Made by a program: the position numbers and the translations under genes. Source: Octopus sinensis (taxonomy: Eukaryota). From it: 64,000 nt of DNA. This document shows, piece after piece, positions 36,501 to 50,790 of the stretch; positions within the stretch are counted from its first letter, which is position 1, and every line of letters begins with the position of its first letter. The notes below the pieces were generated by a model. That model made no database searches, had not been told where the DNA came from, and saw only the letters and a program-made list of their open reading frames with translations. The stretch spans positions 38,874,001-38,938,000 of the forward strand of contig NC_042998.1 of the NCBI RefSeq assembly GCF_006345805.1, in the 5' to 3' direction.

Positions 36501-38654
36501 TATAGAATAGTAAATGAAATTAACTTTCTAAATTACTCACTTAAATACCAAAAATTACCAAAAATGAAACTGATAATTGAATAGTTTTTATGTATTATTG
36601 TTGTTGTTTTTTGCTATCGACGGACGCGTAGAAGAGAGCTTCTGAAAAATTGCATGATACCACGTTTACTTGATGGAGAAAAGGTTTTAGTTATTTTTTT
36701 TTTTTATCAAGAAACGATGTCCGAGTATTTGAACGGCTACACGTACGGAATAAAAAAAGAAAATCTATCCTTAGTTTTCAATTGTGTTCGTATGTTTTGC
36801 AAACTCTCATTCTAGATTGTCCTTTAGAATTTTAATAGCGCCGCATCTTGGGGAGTAGAAGACGACGCTAAAGAAAAAAGGTAGCGGCAGTCAATGTGAA
36901 ACTATTAAAAAAAAAAGAAAGATAAATAGGAAAATAAGAATAATATACAGATATAGTTATGAACCTGAACAGTGAGAAATTACTAAGGCAATCTCCGACA
37001 TACATGAACAAAGGCACCACCACTAAAGCACCAGCCATTCCTCATTTGTGTTGTAAGTTAAAAAGGACATGGTTCCATAGAAAAGAAGAAACATAAAAGG
37101 GATTTGGCACAAAGTTCGGTGGTCTCCTTGCTCGAGAAATTGTCTAGCAAACGGGATAAGACAAGGTGAAAGACTTCAGTTTCTCAAAAATCAGATGAAG
37201 TTTCTCAATGCCGTTAAAAAGTAGAGAGAAGTGATAAGCAATACGGGACATGATGTGTAACCCCATCTACAATATTTGGAAGGGTGGATTTTTAAGACCC
37301 AGAATGCGACAAAAGGACAAGCAGAGTTGGTGTAGATGAGAGAATATATGTTTATTTACACCTTTTTTTGAAGTTTAAGATAAACACTGAATACTGTGAA
37401 TTCTCATTCCTATTTCTAAATGTCATGCGATAAATAGTCTCAATGTTGTTTTTTTCCATATGATATTTTAGATAATAGTAATTCACATTTTCTGGTAAAA
37501 GTTATTTTTGGCGAATATATTCCAGAAGAGTGTATTAGTAAAAAGTAAATCATTAACTAAATGAGGTGAGAAATATTTAGGCTTGCAGACAGCAAAGCAA
37601 GCTTTTTGGAATCTGAAAGCAAACGGTCATTCATGACTAATATCAGTGCTATATAAATAGCGAAGCTTTCCACAAGAACATAACGTTTCATTTCATCACA
37701 GGGGCCATTAATTATCTCTTAACAAATTAGTATTTTAGCTAGATGTTTCGCAGCATTTTCTTTTTGATATTTGAAGACCAAATCACATACTGGAAATTAT
37801 ATGAGAGGATTTCATATAACAATAAAAGAGCCGAATCAAATTAATAAAATGTCTCTTTTATTCTGTAAAGACTGATAACAATTGTATAATTAACTGGTAT
37901 GAAACACGATACATTTTATCAAACGTGTAACTCAAACGAACCACATTACGCTGTTCCTCTTGCATAATCGAGACATCTAATAGTCTTTCTATGAAACACT
38001 GTTCCCGTGCTTGTGTTTTATGTCGGGGAACATTAGTTATGTTCTTTTTCAGAAACCACTTTTACAACTGTTTGTACAATTAAATGAACATAGATTTATT
38101 TAATTGTACAAAAAATTGAATAAACCTAGAAAGTAGTGTTTCAGAACCAGATTTCACAAAATATTGTATTGTACCGTAATAGGTGGCAGTTTGAATAAAG
38201 GATTCTTTTGCTCAGGCTCTGATTGTGACGTCGTTTAAATTCTGCTTTGAAGCCATTTCATACGCTTTATTCAAATGTTATTCGCAAAAATCTGAACATC
38301 ACATCTGTTCTTTTTCCTCTGAAAACAGTTTTTATTTCCTTCGAACAAATAAACTTAACATCAAGGGTACGATGAAACGGTACCACAGTTATTGTTTAAC
38401 TGCTTGCTTTAATAGTAGATGTAATATTATTTACATTTCACTTTGCAGCAAAGCAATATTTCAAATAAAGTGGTCGGTTTTCATTCAAACATTTTCTCTA
38501 GATTGCTTGATACCGTAATGAAATCCAGATTTATAAAACAGGAATTGATCCATCAGCATTGGCTCTCAGACCCTGGTAGATATCAGATAAATCGTGGGAC
38601 TCGTATTCAGTGAAAAAGTTGTATAAAAGAGGCGCTTGTGCTAAAAGTTAGCAT

Positions 38655-39010
38655 ACCAGTCGATACATGAGAAGGTTTCCTTTCCATTTTATTAAAGTTT
38701 ATTAATTTCACTAACAATAACAGAAACTATTCACCCACACATGTCCCATTTTGTTCCATTATCTTTCGTCATCTTTGAGGCAGTTTCATGATCCTATCCT
38801 CTCAGAACTTGTCATTTTCCTATGTTATGAACCGGTCTAAGTAATTTTACAGTCTTTCAGCGAATTGGAATGGGACATCCCAGCCAAGTTGTACCAATAT
38901 CTGCCAAGTCTGCCAGGAAACATAATGTCTAGCGTTTCTGAAGGAAAACAACATTCATCCGATTGGTCAGTTCTGGACATTTTCCATCGCTTACCTCCTT
39001 TACTCGGTAT
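38655..39010 (-). mobile_element. Mariner transposase C-terminal remnant
   Basis: KCPELTNRMNVVFLQ.NAR..QLGWDV..DRIMKLPQR*RKIMEQNG matches mariner RPEL..RKGVVF..DNARPH..LGWDV..GIMKLPERW..EQNG. Confidence 0.75.
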
Positions 39011-39330
39011 AAATAAAATATCCACAAGAAAATAATTGTACAGAAATACTTGTTGAAATCTCATATGCTTCTGTCAAGTGAAAAATGAAATTACGTGTAT
39101 AAACACACCATCAACTGAAAACTAGTTCGAATTTTTGCTCTTACCCAGTAATTCGACTCATTTATTATCAATATTTAGCAATGAATATTTAAAATCGCAT
39201 TAAAGATCATCAAATGTTTCATAGATATAAAAGAATAGTCAGAATTAAGACAATGAGAATTCAAACCAGACAATTCAACTTCATAACTCAGGGTATATTA
39301 GAAAAATTAGAAGGAAAAAATATAAATATA

Positions 39331-40522
39331 CTAGCATTAAAGACTCGTCGTTGCCGGGTCATAGTGCTAGCGCATGTATATATATGTGTACATATTACAT
39401 GTACATCTATGTATATACATCTACACATAAAATACAAAATACAAAGTTATATCTTGATATCGCTAGTGATAACAATACTCAAAATATATAACAGACTGGA
39501 ATTGTTAGCCCGTCTCTTGTAATTTCGATCAATTGTATCTTGTCCTCCCACTTGTATAGAAGTGTGGCTACAATCCAGCCTACCTCTACTTCTGTGGCGG
39601 CGGGGGGGGGGGGCATTAAAATTTTTTTCCGGGACGTCCTACGTCCCAGATATAAAGGTAAAAATAAAATATTTCCACTTTGCAAGTTCGAGTCGAGTAC
39701 TCCCTTGCACGCTCCGTTGACTCGAACCTTGCTTCTATTGTGGCGAATTTACCGCCTCTGATTAGATATCTTTCATAGTTGCACAAGACACTTTTCGATG
39801 GTGCTTTCCTCCATGTGTTCAAATCTTCTTTTTTCTCTACATTGTCTACTTTATAGACAATAGTCTTTTCTTTAATTTAATATTTTATTATCCATCTGGA
39901 CTATTCCATTTCTGCACGCTAATTTTATTTTTAATTTATTCCCATTCATGTGAAACCACTTATTCAAGTTCAAGTCATTGATGCAATTTTATACCAATTG
40001 TTATTTTTACTTTTGTTATGTTACGATTATATTATACTTTAGTTCGATTTTAATTATTACTTACAACATATAATTCAATTGTTATTATTATTTTTATTGT
40101 TAAAGTGAAAGTGAAAGTATCTGACGTAAAATAGAGAAATGTTTTTGTTTCACTTTTAACACGTAATACTGAAATAGTGGAGAAGATATGATATTGCTAT
40201 GGGCTCGCTCTAGGCAAGAAGTTGAACATTCTTTTTGCCCATGAAACTACATGGACCCTAAGTAAGGCATGTGTAAAGTTTGAATGAAATTGGTTGTGTA
40301 GTTCTCAAGTTTTAGGGAATCGTAGTGGAGAAGATATGATATTGCTGTGGGCTCGCCTTAGGCAAAAAGTTCAAAATTTTTTTTGCCGATGACACTCCCC
40401 GGACCCTAAGTAAGGCATGTGTAAAATTTAAATGAAATTGGTTGTGGAGTTCTCAAGTTTTAGGGAAACACACAGACAGACAGACAGACACACACACATT
40501 CTCAGTTTTATATATATAAAGA
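39331..40522 (-). mobile_element. Non-autonomous Helitron
   Basis: Minus strand starts TC(TTTATATATATAAAA) followed by (TG)n(TCTG)n, ends with hairpin GACCCG..CGAGTC then CTAG, and sits between A and T; internal 148-bp tandem duplication (40175/40323). Confidence 0.8.
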
Positions 40523-41121
40523 TTAGAAACATTTTTGCATATTTCCCGGGTGAATACTCTTAGAATGCATGCGAAAGAGAGAGAGAGAGGCGCTAAGTAC
40601 TGTCTTGAAACATGCACTCTGACTGACATACGAGGCAATGATATCTCCAAATGCGTAAATGACTTGTGTATTTATATCTCAGAGGCTACAGGAAACGTAC
40701 CAGATTACTCGCGTGCGGAAAGCAATTAAATATTCTTTAGTCCTGTAAAAGAAAATAGCTCGTTGTGAAACTTTTCTTTTCAGTAGTTCAATACACGACA
40801 CTTCCCTATGTAAAAGGTTTCAAGTGGATACCACATCTACAGACAAATAACTGAATAATTCTGTCTACAAGTCTACAAATGTAGCTTCAGCTCTAAGTCC
40901 GATTATTGTAATACCTACGCAACATACTCAAAAAGTCCAAATACTCCCTCACCGCTTTCACCAGTTATATATATTCGATGCCATTTTGACGCAGAGAAAC
41001 ATTCTATAGAACCAGGGATACCATTTCTTTTTTGTTATATCATCCATTTTGGATGGTGTACAAACTAAAGAAAAGATGTATATTTTTTGAGTGAATTACA
41101 TATAATTTTATTATATATATA

Positions 41122-41191
<70 letters not shown>

Positions 41192-41192
41192 A

Positions 41193-41301
41193 TTTCCCTT
41201 CTTTCCTGAGCGTCAATAATACTTTAATTGTTCCACGTCCTGCGTTGCTGTGTTTTTTTCTTTTTTTTCCTTTTTTCTGTGTTTTCTTGTTTGGATTAAC
41301 T
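41193..41301 (+). mobile_element. Repeat family E fragment in (TA)n
   Basis: Reverse complement of 23895-23990. Confidence 0.8.
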
Positions 41302-41314
41302 ATATATATATATA

Positions 41315-41375
<61 letters not shown>

Positions 41376-41815
41376 ATTATAATGAAGTTCATCATAGCAT
41401 AGGAAAAAAAGAATCCCTAAATTCCATACTGAGTATTGGTGTAGGAGTCTGTGAGTGTGTGTGTCTATGGATGCATATATGCATTTATGTATATACACGT
41501 ACACATGCCTATATATATACATACATATGCATTCATGTATGTATGTACATACACTATACGGCCATACACATACGTGGATAGTGACGACACGTTCATCTTA
41601 ACCTAAATTTGACGCTTAATATTTAGTCGTAACAAAAGAAAGTGTTCCTTTGATTTTTTAAAACTACCCTTACATTATTTGCCTTGCTATTTACATACAT
41701 ATACACACGTATACATACATATATGCACAGATGGATGCACACCTACACGCATGCTAATACCCATTAATCATAGGCAGAAGAAAGTAAAAATATGGCTATA
41801 TATATATATATATAT

Positions 41816-41918
<103 letters not shown>

Positions 41919-41942
41919 CATAATATATATATATATATATAT

Positions 41943-42005
<63 letters not shown>

Positions 42006-43544
42006 TGTATATGCATATCTATTTGTCTGTTTCTCACTATGTGTGTGTGTGTGTATAGGTGCGAGTATAAATGCATTTGCATACGCACATATATATGTGT
42101 GTGTGTACACTTATGCCATTCTGTATTTACTTCTATATTATGCACATTTTTGTTTAAAAAAACCTCCATCTCTAATGGTTGGCCTCGAATAACAAATCAT
42201 CGAAGCCTACACATTCTGCGACAACTTGAAAGAAGAAAATCCTTGTTTGGCCTAGGAATTCTTATGGAGAATACTGGAGCCAGAAAAATTAGTAACATTT
42301 AGTATCAGTTATTTACAATGCTGTAGAGTATTTGCTGAAAATCCTTCTATATATTTACTTACAAGCTTTACTATTGTTTGATAACACATGGCCCAATATA
42401 TTGATCGTTCGTCGGCTTTGATGTCAAGCTCGGCAATGGTTATTATTAAAACAGATGTTGTTTGAAGACATTTTATCCACTGTGATATTAATAGTAGGCT
42501 GTGTTTAGCTTGTGGTATGAAAGTGTGCAAATTTTAAGTGTCAGACTAGGATGACGACCGACTGTTGTATGCGAATTTCGTTGACACTGCATCGCAGTTC
42601 TCACTCTCTCCTCTCCTCTTTCCCTCCTGCTTCCCCCATTGTGTTTCTCTATCTCCTCTTATCTCTCTCTCTCTCTCTCCTCCTCCTCCTCCTCCTCTCT
42701 TGTTTCGCTATGAGTTTCCCTCTTTGCATCCGATATTGCAGATAGAAAAATATGAGATAAAACATGAACAATACAGGCTATATGTCTAAAACAAAGCATA
42801 AATAATCCAGAAACAACGGGAGAAATGAATGATCTTCTTTAAGAAAATGTAAACAGAATGATTGAATGACCAGTTAAGATGCAATAATTAGAAAGGTTCG
42901 GTTTGTTCAGCGTGTAGATGTTGATGTTCCTGGCTAACTTGAAGTAGTTCTCGAATAAATCTTTTAATGAAAGGAAAAAAAAAATCTGCAAAAATTGGAG
43001 GCGCAGTTTCAAGATATATTTCATTATGATGAATAGTTTTATATTTTGACTCAGCAATAATTTTCCATACTTCCAAACACATTCATTAGCTACAAAATGC
43101 ATTGTTTCTGTGTTATAACGTATAAATCTACAGTACTGTGCTTGTCAACATTGTTGTATTTGCACTTCTGGGGAGTAGTTTTCATTTATATACATTACCG
43201 GACGGGAATTAACAGAACAGTGATTAGCAGCCAGTAGTTTTATAATTGAGGTGTGTGGTAGAATGATCAGAATATTTTGTTAATACTCTCAAACTTGGCA
43301 TAAATTGTTGAGGATCGAAACTGAGAGCAAATATCGAAACATGAACAGAATATAAAATACAATGTATTTGATGAGATGAAAATATCCAGTATGGATTAAA
43401 TGTTGGGATGTGGGAGAAATATACTTATGTGTAGTCATTCTATGGGGTTACAGATGAGGGAATAATGAAAATAACAGACATCCAACCAATAGATTCGGCA
43501 GTTGGTACCCTGTTACCAATACTCTTAGTACCCGTGGCCAAGAC

Positions 43545-43960
43545 ATTTTATTCACGGGGGATGATTTGAACTTACTCCATACAGGTAGAATAGGTAGTGG
43601 CTTGATTCGTAAGTAACCGAGAGTTTCGTTGTGTTACAGAGCGACGTTGAATTCAAATTATCGAGGATAGAGCAATGTCCTCTGGAGATATCTTTCATCA
43701 TATGAATGTCACACAATCGGGAAATAATATCAGCCCAAAAAAAAATCTTTGGAAAAAGAATTACTATTTTTCTTCGACTTGGAATAATTAAAGTGATTTC
43801 AGTAATTACTTTTACTAAACACCAAATATTCCATTGTAGTAACAGCACTCAATATCTTTTACACAGCATTGCTACTTTGCCAGTGGTTTATTTTTATTCC
43901 TGTCTTGTTTTACCTTTCTTCAATGGTCACAAATATTAGCTTAACCTCTCAGCCTAAAAG
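43545..43960 (-). mobile_element. Highly degenerate Penelope-like RT remnant
   Basis: INHWQSSNAV (~NQW.NT..V), EITLII..RRK..LF and terminal SNHPP occur in the expected order. Confidence 0.4.
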
Positions 43961-45329
43961 ATCAGTGGATGTTTTTCTTCCTGCTATTACGACTTCATAT
44001 AGAGACGCTTTTCGGAAGTTTTCTATACATAGCTTTTATTGTTGTAACAATTCCTTAGAAAAACTTACCCACCAGTATATAACTTTTGAATGTTACTGGA
44101 ATAAGCAAATCTGTTTTGCTTTTTACATCTTCACATTCTCGCAGTATTTTGTTGATGTTCACATTCTTAAACTTTCGGGCAGATGTAATCAGGAACATCT
44201 ATATGTTGATATCTTCCTTGGGTAGCTTTTTTTATATTTCCCAGGTATCTCCTCGTATTCTACATTATTAAGAATTGCTGTAGTAGGACATATTGTAGAT
44301 TATAAAGGAAATATTTTTAGAATATTTGCAAATGGCCCAGACGCTTCTGCTTACGCATTTTTGTTCATTTTCACAGTCAGTTACAGACAATTAATAAAGT
44401 AATCTTTTAAGTTCATTTATAAGAGTAGCTCGAGGATCATTTACTGCGCGTAAACAGAATATTAGCAGACGGAATTTGAGATAACCCCGAAAAATTAACA
44501 TCATACACTCGAATCAACATTTGAATGAAAACTTATGACTATTAAATGAAACTCATTCGTATCATACATTTACGGAGATTTACAAGCTTACGTAAAAAGC
44601 TGGCATGTTTCTTATATATAATTCAAGTTTTTCTTTCGGCAACCATTTCTCAGTTATTTCTATAAGACGTCTTAACTCTTATTCAATTCTACAGAGGCGT
44701 GAACTTGAGTTGAGCTTCAGTTATCCATAACTAACAAATCCCACATTACTTTCACTTCATTCAGATTATATATTTTTGTTTTGCATACATATATATTTAT
44801 AAGAGAGGGTATTATACTCCCTGATGTTCTTGCCTTTATCAAGTCTATTAGCAACGTAAAAAGATGAAAAACAACGAATGCACACGTATCGCCAGACGTT
44901 TTTTTTCCATCATAGTATTAATACAAAATATAAAACTATGGCAACAGCTATACTCAGCCTGTTGCTGGATCACATACATTCTGTCATACAAAGACATACA
45001 AATACAAAGAAATGGAACCAAAAATTCTTCTGCCTAAATCCTCAAAATGCAGTTGATACACGACGTGCCAGCTCATCGGGTGTACAGTGCTACGATTGCT
45101 TGCATCGTTGAGCTGCTCTGCCATGCGCAATTATCTTACAGCTAACTAGCGTGTTACATTGAATGGTTGGCATTCTTGGGATAAGCATATCTTCACCTAT
45201 TGTTTTAAAAGGCTGCAGTTCCACTTCAGAATATGGTTCTCTATGCCCATCAATGAATCACTGAATTTCACATTCAGCCATATATTGGGCTGGAGAATTA
45301 GCACCATAATAAAACTCACTGATTGGTTC

Positions 45330-45830
45330 CCTTGAGGTTGGTTACTATGAAGCAAGGCATATTTAAGCAGTTCTTGGTAAAATTTTCACCACGATATGAG
45401 ACAAACATACTAGATCGTAGCCAGAGATGGGCTATCCTACTGATTGACATAAAGCCACTCGAGAACTTGCTTCAATTTCTGGTCCATTGACAGGCTGTCT
45501 CCTTTCTCGACCTTTTCTACAACAATAAAATAGTTCCCGCTCCTTTAATCTAGATTGGCTCAAACCAATTCCACTCAGGCATTTCCGTCTTATTCATCTC
45601 TTTTCCTCTCATAACTTTTATTATAGCCAATCCCCCAGGCATTGTATTAATTAACACACACACACTTTCGTCAGAATATCAGCCCTCTGAAGTTCCCTCT
45701 GCGATCGCGTCTTTCTCGCAGCATTTCCTTCACAAAGATAGAAGAATAGCATTCATGGCACCCATCTCACCGGTCATGGACGGCCTGCCAAGGTCAACGA
45801 CATTAACTCTTCTTCCAGACTCAACCATAT
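45330..45830 (+). mobile_element. Possible L2/CR1-group LINE 3' remnant
   Basis: H*QAVSFLDLFYN at ~45484 resembles HRR.V..L.LFY; otherwise very degenerate. Confidence 0.3.
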
Positions 45831-46499
45831 AGAAAAATGCCTCTTATTACTGTTTACTGAAATGAATCACAACGTCAGGGTTGTGTTCCTGCGTTTGACG
45901 CTTTGGTTAGTTTTCTCCATATTTAGCCGCGGATCATTACAAGATGTCAGTCTACAAGTTTTTCATAAAACTGCAAATATGCTTTGCGCTTTTTAAGGCA
46001 ATTATTAAACAGCTTCTTCCGTCATGGCTTCTTGCAACTGACCATCATCTTGTAACAGGTCTCGTTTGAAATATGGCTGATTGGATTCTCTGATTTTTCT
46101 ACTGATATGAAAAGTAGTTAACATCTATAATGTAATAAAATTTGCAGCTTTTAGCAGGGGGGAATTTCTCTTTCTTGACAGTTCTGTTTCGTCTCATGTA
46201 GAATGTGAAGAAATTTGGTGAGGCAACGTTCGAGCAAAAGGATTATCGTGATAAATTAGAAAGTAATGACTTATATGGAGTGGCTTTGTGGCATTGCGGT
46301 GGTAACACGGTTCTGATATGCGTGCACAAGGGATACACAATGCACACATATGCGTACACACAAAAATGGCAGAATACAGACACACACTACTCACACGCAC
46401 ATGCACACACAAATTACAGGCTTTAGATGTTATTAGGACAAAAATAATTATTATACATCTAAATATCACAGCTTTCTTCTACTTACAACACACACACAT

Positions 46500-46538
<39 letters not shown>

Positions 46539-47557
46539 TAAAAGAAGAATAAACAAAATCAAGGCAGGGCAAGCGTATCAGTTCATTTGTTACTCGGAAC
46601 TACAGATCCCCAGTTCTCTCCCTACTGGTCGGTGGCTAACACAACTCCAGCCCCCGTTCTGAACTTGGATCCTAGTAGCTCATCAATTGTAGCATTCAGA
46701 CCACATACCTGTTAGCTTGGATCACCTCTTAAACTCTTCTTCTAATATGTATATTATGTAAACATGTGTCAACAAAGTCTAAAAACTTTTATCTCTCTCC
46801 CTCTCTCTCTCTCTCTCCTTTTCTCTCTCTATCTATCTTGATCTTTCATTTTTCACTGCAACAGTCTTTTTGTGGAATATGGAATCATACCTGATAATTA
46901 CAGCCGATTAAAATGTGTGATGCATGTTTTCATGTAAATGTTTGTTTAATCATTAAAATATTAATCTAGGATTTATAAGAATGAGTTTTGGGCAAAGTTA
47001 CGTGTTTCGAAGAAATTTGAAACAATTTGCTATATGCCTATCCAATTTTCTTTATTCCAGAACTATTTCCTGATTTAAATACAACTAAGTGCCGTGAAAA
47101 ATACCAATTTGTCCTGACGAAATATGATCTAAAATAGTAACATCTACAATTATGGGATAACGGTTATCTTTTCTAATTATCTTGATTAATCTGAAGACAA
47201 TGTAATCTATGAAAATTAAAAGCAGATTATCTCTTTTCGCTGATATGATTCCTAGAGACATATTGATTTTTTGGCGTGCAATTCTCAGTTTTTCTGTGTT
47301 AACACCATTTATTGCGTCTCAGACTTTTCTATTGTCTTAATTTTAAAACATTTTTCATTTCATAAACCAATTTTAAGGAATTAAGTTAATCCCTATTTCT
47401 ATATAGGATAAAATAAGAACAACAATAAAAGCGTGAAGAACGACTATATAGTGCTGGAGTTTATTTGGCTAGGAAAAAATGACCACCCTGATATATAATA
47501 ATATCCGTTTCAACGCACGATTTCACATCAGGAATCTTGCAATACAAATTCATAAAC

Positions 47558-47610
<53 letters not shown>

Positions 47611-47613
<3 letters not shown>

Positions 47614-48230
47614 TCAGTAATTTATGTGTACGAGAAAGGAGCAGACTCAAAAACATTAGAGCAGTAATATATCTTTTAGGAAGTTGCTTGTTATGGCCGG
47701 TCAGAGAGTGATCATTGGTTTCGCGCCTATAAAGTGATTAGCAGTATAGGTGACTCGTCAGCCTTAAATGTACGAAGGCACATAACCTGTCTATAACTAG
47801 AGGGAGGAATACGTCATGGTGAGTCAGTTTCGTAAGCAAAAAGTATATACCCGTGCAGGCTATATTAACAAGTGGGACAGGATTAACTTCTTCACATCGG
47901 TTCCGGCCGTGGCGATTTTCCAAGATGCTGTCGCGTTTCTATTCAACGAATAGAATGTTTTGATTGCGGGCATTGACTAAATACTTCTTTCTTGATGTTT
48001 AAAAATGTTCCAGGGACAAGCGATGTTTTTAAGATCTTTTCTCTCTCTGCCAAGCAAAGCTTACATTGTCTGCTCCATTTATACAAGTCCCCAGGTATCA
48101 TGTATGGGGTTCCTTTCCCATTTAAACGCCTCACGTGATTGGCCATAGATGTAATGTTGCGCCTTTCCGGTATCGTTAAAGAGGGCCTGTGGTTCATCAG
48201 ACAGTACCTGTTGCTGCTCTCTAACCGGGC
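47611..48230 (-). mobile_element. Penelope-like element 3' part: GIY-YIG C-terminus plus HHR-like motif (47710-47765)
   Basis: ORF 47943..48197 TSMANHV..CKLCLAEREKIL..LNIKKEVFSQC; downstream CTGACGA-G..CCTATA/TATAGG..C-GAAA; ends in (TA)n. Confidence 0.8.
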
Positions 48231-48328
48231 ACTACAATCAATTTCCTAATACACACAAAGACACACATACACACATATATATGCGTGTGTATGTATAAAG
48301 TGTTTGAAGTGGTGTACAGATATTGTAT

Positions 48329-50602
48329 ATTGAGAAAAAGGAGAATTTTTGGATAATTATTTATTAGCGCTTTCGTTCGTTAACCGAACTCTTCAAGACA
48401 ATTTAAAACCAAAATGATAAAACACAAAACGTTTCTTTGCTCTTTTATGTGAATCAGATGTTTTTGATTTGTTTAGAAGAAGATAAAGTTTTTCTCGAGA
48501 AAGAAAAACGATAAGGAGCAGGACAATCGAGAAGGAAAAGCGAAGAAGGGTAAAAAGAAAGAAACAGTGAGAATGAGAGAAAGGTTTCTTTTCAATTATG
48601 TTGTTTGTGTTAGAGACAAGAGAGGAAAAAGAAAAAAATTTGGGGGAGAAGAGCAATTGAGGAAAAGGGAAAAAAATAAAGGAGGAATGGATAAATAGTG
48701 AGAGAGAGATTTCTTTTCAATTTGATGTGGTCAACCAATTGAAATTTCATTACAAAGCATTTTTCTTTTCTTTTTTACCTCTTCCTCCTCCTTCCCTTCT
48801 TATTGTATACCTATCAACATATTTGTAAATAAGCATTTTCTCATAGATGACCTTTCAAGATGTCAATTTTAGGAAGTAGGATGGGAAAGATAAGGAAAGA
48901 GAGGAAGAAGAAAAGAATTGTTTTTGATTCTTAGACGGGTGCAGTCATCACTGTAAAGTTTGAAAATAAAAAGAGTTCAAAGTCCAATGCAAATGTAAAT
49001 TCCTTCACAGCTGTAGAGCCAATTCCTATATTCTGTGTAATTCCATGTTCTGCTCAAACAAACACTAAATGAGTACAACATTCATAAATTAGGAAAATAA
49101 AGTCAGAATGCAAAGAATAATTTGAGTGCGGTATTGTTTATAATTCAGTCTCTTCTCTCTACATTTAATAAAACGTCATAAATGAGTTGTATAATAACAT
49201 ATATGTTGTATATTTAGCTGGGCGCCACTCTGTAGGATATTAATTATATAACAAAGCAGGACCTGCTTAAATGTATTTTTGAGTATCTTTCATCATTTTG
49301 TAGGATTTATTTTTCTTGCTTATATGGATAAAATGATTCAAAAGAGATATTTTACATGAATTACTTTGCGAATTAGCTACATTAGATATCTTTCTTAATC
49401 ATTGGTAAAGTGACTCAAGTGTGTTAGTATTGTGAGTCTATAAAAACCACAGCTGCCCAAATCCCGTCTGACCGTTTATTTGGTTAGAATAAATAAAAAT
49501 GAGCATCAGGTTATCAACATTCAGAAACAACAGTAACAGAGTAATATAAATGTTTTCTCTTCATCCTTCATCATTTCTATTAAAAAGATAATTATAAAGA
49601 TGTAGTTTCTCTGCTTCTCTTTCAAGCATTTCATTTTGGAGAGAGTTTCTTGTTGAAGTGTAGCTCCATTGCTTGTTGGAATTTTGGGTCATATCTTGAA
49701 CAATTGTAAAAGGGAAAGATTTTGAATTTTCCTTCACCGCATATTTCTAGATGCTTCCTCGGTGGAATCTTACTCAATTCCTCTTGTTGAATGTGTTGTC
49801 TGTGAATTCTTGCACGTTGGCAGAGGGAATTGTTTGTTTCGCCAATGTTAATTTTCTTTGCAGTATATGAGATTCTGCGTCTTGCAGTTCATATCTGTAT
49901 TCACTTTGATCGAGAATCCGCTCTTGAATTTTTATCAATCAGATTTTTTTTATTTTCGGTGCTTTGTAGAAATATAGGTAGGTTTTATTTTATGGTGGGC
50001 AAGATGTTGGCTACCCAAGGATTGTGCATATTGATAAATGGAATCGTGTGTTCATTAATTTTTTCTTTTTGTCCTTAGTTGTGTGATGCTCAGTTTTAAT
50101 TCCCTCCTTTATTAATTCTACGGAGTATTTCTGTTTTGTTAGGAAGCTTTTGTGCTGAATGAGATGTACCCTTTGAAATGTGGAGGATGGCAAGAGCAGA
50201 AATCCAAATCTTGGTGCGTGTCCGTTTTTGTTTGTAAAATATGTCTGTTGTGATTGTGAAGTTGTTTATTTTTATGTGAATATCCAGGAATGGTAATTCA
50301 CTGCAACTGGTTTCTGTCGTGAATTTGATGGATGGGTGAAGTGTGTTGACTATGTCATAAAATATTTGTAGGTTCTCGTTGTGATCTCTCCCAAAAGATG
50401 GCGCAATCACCGAGGAAGTTATTCCAATTTTTAATGACGTATTTTTTTCCAATCATGATTCACATCTGATTCCCATAAAAGAACACGGAAACGTTCTGTT
50501 TTTATATCATTTTGTTTTTAATTTTTGTCTTGAAGAGTTCGCTTAACGAATGAAAGCACTAATAAAGAATTATCCAAAATTCTGACAACCTCTTGTTTCT
50601 CA

Positions 50603-50604
<2 letters not shown>
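48329..50604 (-). mobile_element. 5'-truncated Penelope-like element (RT thumb + GIY-YIG) with inverted terminal copies, each carrying an HHR-like motif
   Basis: LHPSIKFTTE..LPFLDI..TDIFYK (50096..50452); MNCKTQNLIYC..IGET..QRARIH..HLEIC (49630-49895); inverted repeats 48329-48460 / 50463-50604. Confidence 0.85.
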
Positions 50605-50678
<74 letters not shown>

Positions 50679-50688
<10 letters not shown>

Positions 50689-50740
50689 TGATTCATGAGA
50701 AATGAGAAATTACCGGACTCAATACAAATCTATGGCATTC

Positions 50741-50790
<50 letters not shown>

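Noticed and set aside
39479-39822. ORFs inside the Helitron as a captured gene or helicase fragment
   Set aside because: No recognisable motif in any frame
46590-46700. Minus-strand TTGATGA..GAGAAC..TC with GCTACA/TGTAGT pairing
   Set aside because: Both core halves deviate; cannot be called an HHR without homologues
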